A stretch of DNA of 64,000 nucleotides, taken from positions 5,141,894 to 5,205,893 of the forward strand of contig BFEA01000030.1 of NCBI GenBank assembly GCA_003427395.1, written 5' to 3'. Position numbers and translations under genes: made by a program. The notes beneath the pieces are model-generated. The model saw nothing but the letters and a program-made list of their open reading frames with translations. It searched no databases and was not told the DNA's origin. Origin of the DNA: Chara braunii. Its lineage: Eukaryota; Plantae; Charophyceae. Positions 37,440-50,396 of this stretch are shown here, piece by piece. Position 1 is the first letter of the stretch. Each line of letters begins with the position of its first letter.

Positions 37440-38680
37440 ATAATCATCGTAGCCGAAAAACGGCAAACGCACAGAAGTATTGGAAAAATGCTTTGGCACA
37501 GTAGTTTGCAGTGTAGCGAATCTCTTCTGCGAATCTCTTCTGCGAATCTCTTCTGCGAATCTCTGTCCGCCCTTTGCTATTGGCACAATAGTTTGCAGTG
37601 GAGCGAATCTCAACGTGTCCGGCCTTTGCTAAGCAGCATCACCCCGCAGACATCTCCCGAGTACTACGCCAACTAACTACTCGCCCCTCATTCGAGTAGA
37701 GCAGCCATGGACCGCGTCGTATGACCGCCGATGCAGCTCTCCCAACCTGTTGTCTTCATCGTCAGCTGCCTGAGGCCCGTCTTCATTCCGCCCTCGCGTT
37801 CCCTTGATCGATGTACAAGGAAAAGCACGCATTCCAGCTTTCCTCTGCTCATCAAACAGATTCACCAAGCCCACTGTCCTTCGCCCGTCCTTACCTACTC
37901 GAAAATGCAGTAGCAATGTCTGCATCTGCTCAGTGGGTACCTTCACATACTGGCGCTTGGCTCTTTCCCGTTTGCCCTTCTGTGTTCTTCGAGATTTCGA
38001 GCCGGTCGACTGCGCGCCAAACACATTCAGCGAAGGCGACCATCGCCGACTGCAGAAATCTTCGATCGCGGGGAGGTCTTCCACGTCTGACGTCTGACTT
38101 GATTATTGGGATGAGTACATAATTTTCGGTATCGTACTTGGGCAGCCACCGATGGAAATGTGCAGTACTTACCATTTTTCCCCTTCCCGCCTCGACTGAC
38201 GTGCTCGGCCCACCTGGCATCCATGGCTCTCCCAGTCTGCCCGACGTAGGTGGCCTTAGGTCGGGGAGACACCCACGTACACGCACGACCCCGGATTCAG
38301 CAAAAAAATCGCCTCCGTCTGCACTCAACTTGGCCCAGTCAAGTATGAACTTTTTACTTGCCCACGGCACAATCCACGCCACCGCCGCTGCTCTGAAAGC
38401 TGCCTCCAGCTCCCTACTAATGCCTTTCCTGTCTCTCTCCTGTCTCTCTCCTGTCTCGCACCAATTCTCCACACGTCCTCCACAAGACTTTAGTCTCGAT
38501 CTCTCGGTTCATTCAGACGTTGACTCCTCAGCCTCGTCAGACGCACTGCCACTCGATAAGTCGGACTCCGCGTCGACTCTACCCAGCTTAGCCTCGGGTT
38601 CATTTTCCAGAATCGTATCGTCGTTAGCTAGCAGCGCGTGCGGTTCAGTGAGCGCTGCCACTCTGGTAGCCGAACCTTCA
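37440..38680 (-). mobile_element. Fragment of a second, divergent Chlamys-type Penelope-like element (GIY-YIG region)
   Basis: SCVYV/VSPRPKATYVGQTGRAMDARWAEH...WSPSLN followed by a basic stretch, collinear with 53496-53918. Frameshifted. Boundaries approximate. Confidence 0.75.
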
Positions 38681-39274
38681 AATGAAAAAAAAAAGAAAAA
38701 AAAAAGAAGAAAGTTGCGGCCGTGAACAGTAGTTATCTTGACATGAAGTTGTGCAGCATTTCGATCTGCATCCGCAAAGTTATGTCTGTAGAGTTATATC
38801 CGTAAAGTTTTGCGTAGAGTTGTATATAAGATTGTGATCTTGAGGGGATGAAGGGATTGTAAGAGGTTGTGGGGCTAGTAGTCGTGTGCTTGCTTCTTCT
38901 TTTTCTTCTTCTTCTTCTTCGTCGTCTTCTTCTTCTTCTTTTTTCCCCCACCGTTGCTTGGTTGTGTGGGCCTCGCTGCCCTACTCTCGTCATCCACGGC
39001 TAGTAGTCGTGTGCTTGCTTTTTCTTCTTCTTCTTTTTCCCCCCGCGGTTGTTTGGTTGTGTGGGCCTTGCTGCCCTACTCTCGTCATCCACAAAAGACA
39101 AAAAATTATCGCAGTGGAAGATTCATTCCCGTTTTGTGGAAGATTCATGTTTTGTTTTCAAACATTTGGAGAGTAGTGGAGCCAAACCCTTAACTGTCCC
39201 TGTTGGCTCCTTTCCTTTTCTGGGAACCACAATTTTATCCGTAACGCGGACAGAGTTATCGACCAAAAAAAGGT

Positions 39275-39545
39275 ATACCTTTCTCGGCTGTTTGGCTAAA
39301 AATAGATAGTGTTGTTATCTCTTATGATCAGTTCGTTATCTGATGTTTATCTGATGTGTGGTCCCACTAGCAAAGAGGATCGGATCGAATGCCTGAATCT
39401 GGACGAGGTTATGAAGCTGTCCAGGAAATCGAGATTGAACTGCTTTTCTGCATCTTTGCATAAAACACATCCAGATTTAGGCATTCGATCCTATCCTTTT
39501 TGCTAGTGGGACCTCGGCCCTGATGTGTGGTCCATTTGACCATTG
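39275..39545 (+). pseudogene. U2: Older degenerate U2 snRNA 5' fragment interrupted by a MITE
   Basis: ATACCTTTCTCGGCTGTTTGGCTAA...ATCAGTT...ATCTGATGTGTGG, resuming at 39520. Confidence 0.72.
39354..39519. mobile_element. Palindromic MITE inside the U2 pseudogene
   Basis: Highly similar to 26657-26822; CTG on both sides. Confidence 0.8.
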
Positions 39546-39715
39546 TTGGGAAACAAACAAGAAAAAAAAAAGTGATCCACGAAGGTGTGCGTGAACTCGT
39601 TCAGAAAATTGTTCAGGAAAAAAAAAAAAAAAGAAAGACTTTTGAAGTTTGAACCACCACTACTTCCGATCCTGTTTTTACCGGGCCTGAATTTCAATGC
39701 GTAGTGCGCACCAAG

Positions 39716-39820
39716 TTTTTTTTTTTTTTTTTTTTTTTTTTNTGATCCGATGGGTCACGGATCAGATGTTAAACTGATCAGAACAGATACTACACTTTAT
39801 CTTAGCCAAAAGGCCGAGAA
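39716..39820 (-). pseudogene. U2: 3'-truncated U2 snRNA retrocopy with poly(A) and TSD
   Basis: TTCTCGGCCTTTTGGCTAAGAT.AAGTGTAGTATCTGTTCT.ATCAGTTTAA.ATCTGAT followed by poly(A). TGCGCACC(A/G)AGTTTT on both sides. Confidence 0.9.
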
Positions 39821-40008
39821 TTTTACTGCGCACCGAGTTTTGTCGAGCCTGGGTCCCAATGTATTTTCTTTTCTGGTACTCTACGGAAATGGGAAAAAAA
39901 AAAAAAAAAAACGAAATAAAAGGAAAAAAGCAAGTAGTAAGCTGGGCACGTGAAAGCAGCTGGAGGGCGTTACAGCCTACAGCAAAACACGGCTCTCTAA
40001 AAAACAAA

Positions 40009-40722
40009 GGGCCTCACCACACCTATCCCGAAAACACCGATTTGGAGAGGAAACGCATCGCCATACCCACTCTCGAAAATCGGTGTCAGAAAACTTTTCG
40101 AGAGTGGCCAGAACGCGGGTTTCAGGAGTGTGCTCACGAACTGTGGTCGTTGCCCCGCCTGCAAAGTAGCCACTTTCGAGAGTGGTCGAAGGCACCTCCG
40201 ATTTTGGCCCAAATTTCGAGAGGGTGCCGCGACGGCCAACGGTCTGCGGCCAGCGTTTTGTCGTGTTTGGTTCGAGAGACTCTCGAACCGAGGCCTCGGT
40301 CCACTACTCACCACACATGCACAAAAGACAAAAAATCTGGCGGTGTATCTTTCCATGGTGTAGCAGAAGATTCATTCTCATTTTGCACATTTGGTGAGTC
40401 ATGGAGCAAGACCCTTGCACCGCCACAGCACTCTCGAAAAACGCAGTTCTTTTCCGACACAGTGGAGAGCGCCCCCTTCGAGAGCGCAGTGCGGCGATGA
40501 GGCCTCTCCAACCGTTTTTCGCGATTTCCCGAGTTCGAGAGCGCTCTCGAACATGCCACACTGCACTCTCGAAAAACGCACTTCTTTTCCGACACAGTGG
40601 AGAGCGCCCCCTTCGAGAGCGCAGTGCGGCGATGAGGCCTCTCCAACCGTTTTTTGCGATTTCCCGAGTTCGAGAGCGCTCTCAAACATTTTCCCGTTTT
40701 CGGGATAGGTATGGCGAGGCCC
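40009..40722. mobile_element. 714-bp non-autonomous Harbinger-like element with internal ~136-bp duplication
   Basis: 27-bp TIR GGGCCTCACCACACCTATCCCGAAAAC; AAA flanks. Confidence 0.8.
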
Positions 40723-43546
40723 AAAAAGAGAAGGGGAAGAAAAAAGTGCAACAACCCTTTGACCGCAAAAACAGTTAGATACAGAATCTTTTTTTTTTTT
40801 TTTTTTGTCGAGAAGATACAGAATCTCGAGTCCATGTGAGGTTGGAGCTCCGTTGGTCGCAAGTGTCAGATCAGATGTCCGTGGAAAGTCCTGCCTCGTT
40901 GGCAGGGCAGTAAAAGAAAAAGAGAAGAAGAAAAAGAAACAAAAAACAAAAGAAAAAAAGAAAAACAGAACACTAAAGAATTAATACAATAATTCTGGGC
41001 AGATGCATTCCTGGAAGCACTACTGTGAGCACACCTCCTTCACCGCTTCTCCACCACCCTCCAACGTCCTTCCTTTCAAATATGCAGGCCCTCCCTTTTT
41101 TTTTTTTTTTTTTTTTTCCCCCTTTCGTCTGCAACCGTCAGCTGTCCGTGGAAAGTGCCCTGCCTCGTTGGCAGGGCACTAAAACCAAATGAGAAGGAAA
41201 CAGCAAAAAACAAAACAAAACAAAACAAAAAAACAGTAAACGAACCACGCCCAGATTCTGGGCAGATGCATTCCTGGAAGTACTACTGTGAGCACACCTA
41301 CTTCGGGCCTCGCTGCACTACTCTTGAAAGGTGCAAAACGAGAGTGAATCTTCTGCTAGAACATGGAAAGACACAGCGACATGATTTTTGTCTTTTGTGC
41401 ATTTCAAGAGTCGTGCAGCGAGGCCCTTCATGGCTTCCCCCCCGACGTAGTTCCCTTTCAACTGGGCAGCTTCTTTTTCTTTGTTTTTCGGTTGGGCGCA
41501 TTCTGGTTTATTTTCTGATTTTATTTTATTTTTACTTTTTTTTTTTATGTGGGTGAACTGATGGTAATGATTGGTGGTGGCTGTGGTTTGTGCAGTGTAC
41601 GCCAGTTGAGGATTACTACCGAAGCAAAGGGATTCTGCTTGACTTCGACGTCCTGGGTGGAATACCGCAGACGTGGCCGCATTTGCTGGAAACGCTGCAT
41701 CTTGACGGGGCAGTGGCAGAGGAGTCGCGAGCGGCCGCCTAGCGGGGATGGAGAAGGGGAGAGGGAGGAAGTTTCCTTCCTACCCCATGCATACCCCCCC
41801 CCCCCTGTTCTCTGCACTTTTGGACTTCATCAATTTTCTTTTTCTCTCTGAGATCTGGGAGAAAGGGAGAGGAAGGGTGCTTTCCCCCTCCCTTTCCCCC
41901 CTCCCCTCTTCCTGTGTGGTCTTTTCCCTCGAGGCAATCTGGTGCGAGGGTAAGCAAGTGTGGGGTGGAGACGTGGCAGAAGGAGAGGTGTTGGAATGAC
42001 CCCATAAGGACCCCTGTTGATGAAGTGGGGTAGTAATGACCCCTTGGGCGAAAAAAAGGAGGTAGTACTGACCCCCTCTCTGGCAAAAAAAGGGGGTAAT
42101 AATGACCCCTCTGTTAGCTTACGGGCTACGGTGGTAGATAGGCTAAGTCGGGCTACGGTGGTAGATAGGCTATAAGTCCAGCGTGAGGAACGTCAAAGCT
42201 CTGGTGCTGTTTTGTGGGGGATGAATGTCATTATCGAATCATTGCCCCTTCTTCTCCCTTCCCCCGCCCTTATCCCTCCCCCCCCACCCCTTATCCCTCC
42301 CCCCCCATAAAGGAGTGCGAGGTGTCGAAGGGCTGGTCTTTTCATCTATATTGATGCTTGTGAGGACTGCAGAGTAGTTGGCAGGCAGGTTGCTAGTGTG
42401 TCGCACTCTCGCGGCACGGTATAGTCTGTTTGTCACTTCTGCTGCTACTGTGAGCTGAAAAATCCACTGCATCACAGCCAGAATTCCCGCAAACGAATCT
42501 GGCTGACATTGCGACCAGGTTCTTCAGTAGATGAGGGCACACTAACACTAGCACTTTTCAGCTGAACCTGGCTAATATCACGACTAGGTACCTGCGGGAA
42601 GGTTCTAGTGCGAGGATGCCCTTGTTCGAATGGTGGTGAGATATTCTTCATGTACTCCAGCAGTAGCAGCAGCAGCGGCAGCAGCAAACATCATTGCCGT
42701 CGTCATCGGAGCTATCTTCATTGCATTCATCATTACGCCGCCATCTTCCTCGTCGTCATCACTGTTATCATCATCGCGATATCGTCGTTACGTCGTCATT
42801 ACGTCGTCATCGTCATCGTCGTTATCACTGGCATGATCATCTCGATATCGTCACATTAGTGAGTGTAAAGCGGCGACACCTGGCGGGCGCTACTCGTACC
42901 CGAGTTACTGCCGGGTGTCGCTACCGATTCATTCTTTATCCGTTTAGAGGAGGTTGAATTTGTTGCCATTCTTTGTGCATCGCTCCATTATGCAACATTT
43001 GGGAAAAAGATGCACCTGGACATGGAAATGGTCCTTATGCATTCAAAATGTTGTGTCAGTGCCAATGAATTTGGTGCATCAAACAGTCCGGATACTTGTC
43101 GAATCTGTCGAATGTGGTGGTGGAGCGAGGCCCTTTTTCCAGATTGGTCTTGCTGATCTGGCATTCCGGTATTTTGATAAGTTTCACTTTTTCGAAGTTT
43201 TTTCTTTGTTTTGACAAGTTTTACTTTTAGGATATATACACGCTCTAGAATTTTTTCTTTCGATCGAACTCTGGATGCGATTGCAGTCAGGTGCATCCAG
43301 GTCTGGCCGTAAGTCCAATCAGATATGCATTTATAAAAGTGCTAGTGTGGTTACGGCGTTAGAAGCTTTTAGAACGTTTTGGTAGCAATTTGTTATTGGG
43401 TGCTTTTTTCTTTTCTTTCCTTTTTTCTTTTTTCCTTTTTTTCTTCTTTTTTTTTTTTGTTGGAAAGAACAGGTCCATTCGAATTTGGAGCCCAACTCCG
43501 TATCCATTCTGCGGAGCATTATTTCAAAATAGATCAGATTTCTCTC

Positions 43547-43587
<41 letters not shown>

Positions 43588-43829
43588 NNNNNNNNNNNNN
43601 NNNNNNNNNNNNNNNNNNNNNNNNNNNNNNNNNNNNNNNNNNNNNNNNNNNNNNNNNNNNNNNNNNNNNNNNNNNNNNNNNNNNNNNNNNNNNNNNNATC
43701 CCCCAAGGTTTTATTCTTTGCTCATTAGCTTAGACTGGTAGTAGACTGGTAGTTGTTTTATCCTTCAGGCCCTGTCTCAGGTGCACTTTTTTCTCTCCCT
43801 ATTTTTTCCCCTGCACACTGCAGGTTTTC

Positions 43830-43861
43830 TGTTGCAGCCTGCAGGTCAGAGCTGTCAGAGT

Positions 43862-43907
<46 letters not shown>

Positions 43908-44015
43908 GCGTGTGTGTGTGTGTTTGTGCGTGTGTTTGTGGGTGTGGGTGTGTGTTTGAGAGACACAGCGGTGTAATTTGCAGCCTGCAGGTCCGAGCTG
44001 TTAAGAGTCTAATAA

Positions 44016-44093
<78 letters not shown>

Positions 44094-44270
44094 TGTGTGT
44101 GCGTGAATGGGTGTGTTCGAAGACACAGTGGTATAATTTGCAGCGTGGAGCTGTCGGAGTCCAGTAGCATGTGTTTGTGGGTGTGGGTGTGGGTGTGGGT
44201 GTGGGTGTGGGTTCGATAGACACGTCAGCATGATTTGCAGCCTGCAGGTCAGAGTTGTCAGAGTTGAGTC
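43830..44270. repeat. Tandem unit of TTGCAGCCTGCAGGTCAGAGCTGTC plus (TG)n, about 4 copies
   Basis: Motif recurs at ~43832, 43978, 44138 and 44235, separated by TG tracts. Confidence 0.8.
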
Positions 44271-44974
44271 TGTCGGCAACCATTATAAAAGGCAGCAATC
44301 TTGATATGAACCGACGACTTCCATCGAGATCGCCCGTGAGCTGGCCAAGCCAACACGATCGCTCGACTGTTTCTGGTGGCGGTCCACGTACACAGCTGTT
44401 GTGTGTGTCTTCGCTGTGAACTTTTCGGCCAGCCGATTGGGATTGCTGAACCGTCGGATCGAAATTACTATCATCGGGATTCTGCCACTTTCAAGATACA
44501 AGCCGAGCTTGTGGGATTTCGATGAGCAGACCTGGCAGCTTGGACAGAGCAAAGTTTTTGCGCGAAAATGCGTTCGGCGTCCTTCCCTGAACACAGCAGT
44601 CGCAACCGCATGGCCTCGACGGTTCTGTCGGCTGGGGGTGGCTATGGTGTTTATCTACTAGCCATCACTACTCAGTTGCGACAGAGTAATGAGTCTAATG
44701 ACATGGAGGCAACTGACTGGTGCTCAGAAGAGTTTTGTTCTGTTCCCTGACCATACACTTTCTTTAAATTCTTTTTTTTTTTCCGGACGGCGGACGGGAA
44801 ATAGGTAGGAAGTAGGTAGTGTTGTTTTCGTTTCACTTATGACCGTCATAGGCGTAATTAGATACAAAAGACGTCAACAGTTCAGCTTCAGGGGTGCACA
44901 GGTGTTAATGCACCCCCACTTTTAACTGCTCGCTAGCTGTGATTGCTTTCCCTGTGCATGGGATTGAAGTAGAT

Positions 44975-45013
<39 letters not shown>

Positions 45014-45674
45014 NNNNNNNNNNNNNNNNNNNNNNNNNNNNNNNNNNNNNNNNNNNNNNNNNNNNNNNNNNNNNNNNNNNNNNNNNNNNNNNNNNNNNNN
45101 NNNNNNNNNNNNNNNNNNNNNNNNNNNNNNNNNNNNNNNNNNNNNNNNNNNNNNNNNNNNNNNNNNNNNNNNNNNNNNNNNNNNNNNNNNNNNNNNNNNN
45201 NNNNNNNNNNNNNNNNNNNNNNNNNNNNNNNNNNNNNNNNNNNNNNNNNNNNNNNNNNNNNNNNNNNNNNNNNNNNNNNNNNNNNNNNNNNNNNNNNNNN
45301 NNNNNNNNNNNNNNNNNNNNNNNNNNNNNNNNNNNNNNNNNNNNNNNNNNNNNNNNNNNNNNNNNNNNNNNNNNNNNNNNNNNNNNNNNNNNNNNNNNNN
45401 NNNNNNNNNNNNNNNNNNNNNNNNNNNNNNNNNNNNNNNNNNNNNNNNNNNNNNNNNNNNNNNNNNNNNNNNNNNNNNNNNNNNNNNNNNNNNNNNNNNN
45501 NNNNNNNNNNNNNNNNNNNNNNNNNNNNNNNNNNNNNNNNNNNNNNNNNNNNNNNNNNNNNNNNNNNNNNNNNNNNNNNNNNNNNNNNNNNNNNNNNNNN
45601 NNNNNNNNNNNNNNNNNNNNNNNNNNNNNNNNNNNNNNNNNNNNNNNNNNNNNNNNNNNNNNNNNNNNNNNNNN

Positions 45675-45706
<32 letters not shown>

Positions 45707-46352
45707 AATGAGAACAACCCCATCGTGGGCGCAACATGGTAGTGTAGGCACTCTTTCTCTGAAAGCAAGCTCTCAAACAGTGACATGAATTGTTATTCAG
45801 CGTTGGTAGGGACTTCTAGAAGTGAGGGAGTGGAGGTTTGGGGTTGTTTGGACTGTTGCTTAACCCCCTCACTCGTTGCCGTCTTATCCCTTGCTGCCTA
45901 CGGCTTACCGGGCAGTTCTCTACATGACGATACATAGAGGCAATCAGCTAAAAAGGGGGAACACTGGAAGAAGTCGTGTGTCGCCGATCACTGTTGGGGC
46001 GCACGACTAAACCCACCCCTCTGATAATGTCCCTTCCTCTTTCCTTTTCCGTCTTCCTGTCGATTATCCTTACGCTTTCCTTGCTCTTAACGTTGCCTTC
46101 TCTCCTGCTGTCCCTTGTGAGTTTCCTCTTTCCCTCTCTGCGGACGGCTCACCGGGCAGTTCTCTAGGTGTCGATATATAGAGCCCATTAGCGAAAAAGG
46201 GGGGGGGGCACTGGAGGATGTCGTACATCGCCGATTGCTGTGGGGCAAGGGACTGAATCCCTAATAACGTCCCTCTGCCTCGCTTCTTCCTGTCACGTGC
46301 TCTTGCCTTGCTCTTAACATTCCCTTCTCTCTCTGCCCATCCTTGTGAGTTA

Positions 46353-46449
46353 GGGCCAGATCCCACTAGCCCCTATTGTTCATTTTCGACCCTCGATTAC
46401 GAAGATCAACGGTCAGAAATGAATAATAGGGGCTAGTGGGATCTGCCCC
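46353..46449. mobile_element. 97-bp Tourist-like MITE
   Basis: ~25-bp TIR GGGCCAGATCCCACTAGCCCCTATT; TSD TTA. Relatives at ~19776-19874 and ~26137-26232. Confidence 0.85.
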
Positions 46450-46465
46450 TTAGCGTGTTACCGAT

Positions 46466-46515
<50 letters not shown>

Positions 46516-47121
46516 CCTTTTTGCTACTGATTCATAATTTCACGGATTTGGGAGTTGAATGAAGCAGATGGGTAGTGGAAGCCAGTGGAGAACAAGCTAG
46601 TGGGCGTCTCAACTCTCGAGTAATGAACGTCACACTATGACTTTTGCGACCAAGCTCTGGACGGAATTTCCATCAGATGCATTCAGGTTAAGGGGGAGTT
46701 CTGGTCATGCGTTTCGGGGGGGAAAAGGTGCTAGTGTGAGTCCGCCCTGAGCAAGTCCTTGCAGTTATGCGAATCTCTTCGTGATTCCGAAATCTGCTGT
46801 CCTCGTGTGTGCCGGTTGTTGAAGTCCGCTGTCAATGAGGCTATTACGGCCTGGCGGCTTTCGAAGGCCAAGAGTTGGAGACCGTATTGAGATGTTTCTT
46901 TTGTGGGAAGCTCTGCTGATCGGTTCATAACTCATAGAATTGCAATCCATTGCTATCATATGGCATCTATATCAGGAGAGGAGGATTGCACCCTGTCCTG
47001 AATGTTCTGCTGAGCGGTTAATAACCCATGAAGCGACGGATATTGTATGTACTCCGTATGTTCAGCCGAACCATGATACGGCAATCGATATGGTGAATTG
47101 AACAATTGGCCCTCATCTTTT

Positions 47122-47340
47122 CCTTTCTTCTTCTTCTTCTTCTTCTTCTTCTTCTTCTTCTTCTTCTTCTTCTTCTCCTTTTTCTTCTTCTTCTTCTTCT
47201 TCTTCTTCTTCTTCTTCTTCTTCTTCTTCTTCTTCTCCTTTTTCTTCTTCTTCTTCTTCTCCTTTCTTCTTCTTCTTCTTCTTCTTCTTCTTCTTCTTCA
47301 TCTTCGTCATTGTCTTCGTCTTCATCTTCGTCTTCTTCTG
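47122..47340. repeat. (TTC)n microsatellite
   Basis: Direct reading. Confidence 0.97.
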
Positions 47341-48941
47341 TTCTGTGGATTTCATTTCTTCAGTGTTTCCATGTTTTTGATGAGGAAAGCATGCACTTCT
47401 CCTGAATAGAACGTACAGTCAATATCGCTGTATATGGACTGAAATTTGCCCCGAATACAGCTGTAAGGACAATATATTTTTATTTTTTTTGGTTATGACA
47501 AGATGTTCTATCCAGGGGAAGACGGTAGTTTCTCCTCCCTCCCTTTCCCGCTGTCTGTTTGTCATTTGATTTGCTCGAATGCGTCAGCGCGTCGAGATGT
47601 GTATCTCGGCTTGGTCCATCTCTCGAAGGCGCAATCTATCTAAGATTTTTTATTCATTTTCGTATCCTTCTACTAGATCAATCTATTTATACATCACAAA
47701 GATCTTTTTTTTTTTTTTTTTTTTTTAATTTATTTACATCACAAAGATCTCAATTCGAAGCTATCTGAAAATTTTGTAAAGGTAAGAAGCTTGGTCCACC
47801 TCTAGAAGGCGCAATCTATGTAATCCGTCTTTTTGTCTGTTTGTTTTCCTTTTTTTTTTCCTTTCTGTGGTTCGTTCGTTTTACAGCTTGCGGATGTGAT
47901 GACAGTGCTCTGCTCTTCTCACTGTGCTTATCGTTTGGAGCGTTGTTGGGGGGAGGGAGGGGGAGGGAGGGGGAGGGCACCGTGGGGGGCGATGGAGATC
48001 TTTTTTTGGGTTGGGTTGGAAGGCGGGGAACACGCTAATGCTGTGTCTACGACAATTGACTGTTGCGTTGTGCGTGTCATCGTTATGCACAGGGGCCATG
48101 ACAAACTTTTCCGTATCGAGTTTTGTGTGTCGTATTTGTGCACAGCGGAAGCTACATGGTGTACGGCAGTCGCAGTGTTCGTTTGGTCTGTGTCTTATTT
48201 TATTAAAAAAAAAAAAAAAAAAACCAGAACCGTGCAGTTCTGGCTCCTTTCCATTCTGGGTGAGCGTCACTCCGGTTCCTTTTCCACTGGCAAGTAAATA
48301 GTTAAAAAATAAATAAATAAATAAATAAAAATTAAAAAAAAATCAATAGGATCAGCAGTTTTCACAATTCTGTTGTGGATATAGCAGTGACATTGTTCAG
48401 GGTATTCTTAGCTGAAGCCGGGTCAATAGCACTTCGTGTCCAGCATGTGTTGCTGCGTGCCTGGAGAGGCGTTTGTAACATTGATTTGCTCCGGTCTCAA
48501 AATGCTCTACATATGTTTTCAAATGGGATGCTGGGCCCGGTTCCCAGCACGTGTTGCTACCCACGAATAGATCGGAGCACTTTTTGTTATAAAAAAAAAA
48601 TTGCGTGTAGGGATGCGCACATACTGTGCGCTCAGCTACACAGACCTGGCAGTCACTCCGCTCATTTCATTCCCTTAGGTTCTTGGATGGTCCTGGATTT
48701 TTTTTTTTTTTTTTTTTTTTTTATATTATATTTGGTGTCTGCTTTCTTACACACAAAAACACACACATGCACACGGGTTGGTGCGGGTAAAGCTGACCAC
48801 TTATCTCAGGGGTATAGCTATCTCTGGCCGGCGTGGTGACTCCTTTTTCGTCAGTCAAATGCATCCTGGGCAGTGCTTTTTCTTTTTTTGGCGTCTGCTT
48901 TCTTACACACAAAAACACACACATGCACACGGGTTGGTGCA

Positions 48942-48993
48942 ACTGTTGGGGTTCATCCTCTTGATGAGTCGATGAAAGTCCAACGAAACAGTC
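48942..48993 (+). ncRNA. Degenerate type III hammerhead of the same family, with stem III 5' strand retained
   Basis: ACTGT-T / GGGG-ttcat-CCTC / TTGATGA / GTCGA-tgaaagt-CCAAC / GAA-ACAGT. ACTGT pairs with ACAGT. Confidence 0.65.
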
Positions 48994-49213
48994 TTTTCAG
49001 CACAGACATGCTTTTCTTTTTTTTTTTTCTTTTTTTTTTTGTGGAACATGACAACACAGGTGCACATGCACCCATAAACACACGATGCACACATCCACAC
49101 AGACCCAGCAGGCTCTCATTGCCCCATCTCTACTGAGGCATTCTTCTGGCCAGTTCCCTCAAGTGGTGGCCCCCCCCCCCCCCTCCCCCTCTGATAACTG
49201 TTATCTAGACCCC

Positions 49214-49251
49214 CTGTCTCTTATACACATCTAGATGTGTATAAGAGACAG
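49214..49251. other. Nextera mate-pair junction adapter (artefact)
   Basis: CTGTCTCTTATACACATCT + AGATGTGTATAAGAGACAG, two Tn5 mosaic ends back to back. Confidence 0.98.
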
Positions 49252-49322
49252 GTGGTCCCCCCCCTCCCCCTCTGATAACTGTTATCTAGACCCCTGTAAG
49301 AAAATAGCAGGCTCTTATTGCC

Positions 49323-49360
49323 CTGTCTCTTATACACATCTAGATGTGTATAAGAGACAG
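49323..49360. other. Nextera mate-pair junction adapter (artefact)
   Basis: Exact 38-bp junction sequence. Confidence 0.98.
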
Positions 49361-49501
49361 CTGTTATCTAGACCCCTGTAAGAAAATAGCAGGCTCTTAT
49401 TGCCCCATCTACTGAGGCATTCTTCTGGCGAGTTCCCTCAAGTGGTGGTCCCCTCCCCCCCCTCCTGATAACTGTTATCTAGACCCCTGTAAGAAAATTG
49501 A

Positions 49502-49935
49502 GGGCCTCGCCACACCAATATCGAAAATGGCATTTTCGACTTTTTCTCCTCGCCACACAGCATGTCGAAATCTGAGATGTGAAAAAAAAAATCAGGAGCT
49601 GTCAGGGAAAGGGTTTTGACACCTCCTCTCGAGCAAGGCTTGTTTCCACTTCAGGTCTGCAACTTGGACATTTTCAACAGTCCTCCCATGGGATGTCGAG
49701 TTCTTGCCCGAAGGAGAACGGACCAATGCTTGTCCTATCTTCACCCCAGTTTGTCTCTTTTGTGCATAGGACTTGTGAGTTCTTCACTTCGACATGCTCT
49801 GTGGCGAAGAGGGTTTTTCTGTCGAAAGTTGCAATTTCTGTCGAAAGAGGAATTTTTTGTCGAAAGAGGCAGTGTCGAGAATTTCCTGACATATGTCGAA
49901 TGTCGTGATGTTTCGACATTGGTGTGGCAAGGCCC
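49502..49935. mobile_element. 434-bp Harbinger-like MITE
   Basis: TIR GGGCCTCGCCACACCAAT / ATTGGTGTGGCAAGGCCC; flanks TGA/TTA; many TCGA motifs. Confidence 0.78.
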
Positions 49936-50396
49936 TTAAACCACAAGCACACGGCCGCGGTTAAAACTGTGAACGACGAGAGACACTCTACAAAAATTTG
50001 GGAGGCTCAGGCCAACAGGGACCAAAATGGCTGGCGCTGACAGCCAAAACGAGAAACACAAATGGCATGCCGGCATTCTGGCAAAGCTTGGCGCGCAGGG
50101 AGAATCCGCCTTGTACAGAAACAAGGCCCGGATGTACTGGTGGTTTAGGATGATACAGCAGCAGCAGGGGTTCCTGATAATGAGAGCCTATAGCCTTCTC
50201 TCTGCTGTCCTTGGTTAACGAGGACCCCCACTTTCTGCCTCCATGGTTAATGGGTCTGAAATTAGGGTTTCGGGATCAAAATTTATGTTGTTGTTGTTTT
50301 TTCCCTGTTTTTTTTTTCCCTTTCTTTTTCCTTTGTTTGTTGCCTGTTGAGTTACTTTGTTGATTTATGCCTTTAATGGTCTGACTAGTCACTTTC

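Noticed and set aside
48611-48665. Faint similarity to the 5' end of 5S rRNA (GGATGCG..CATAC...ACTCCG)
   Set aside because: Too few matches and no recognisable internal promoter boxes; would need an Infernal search.
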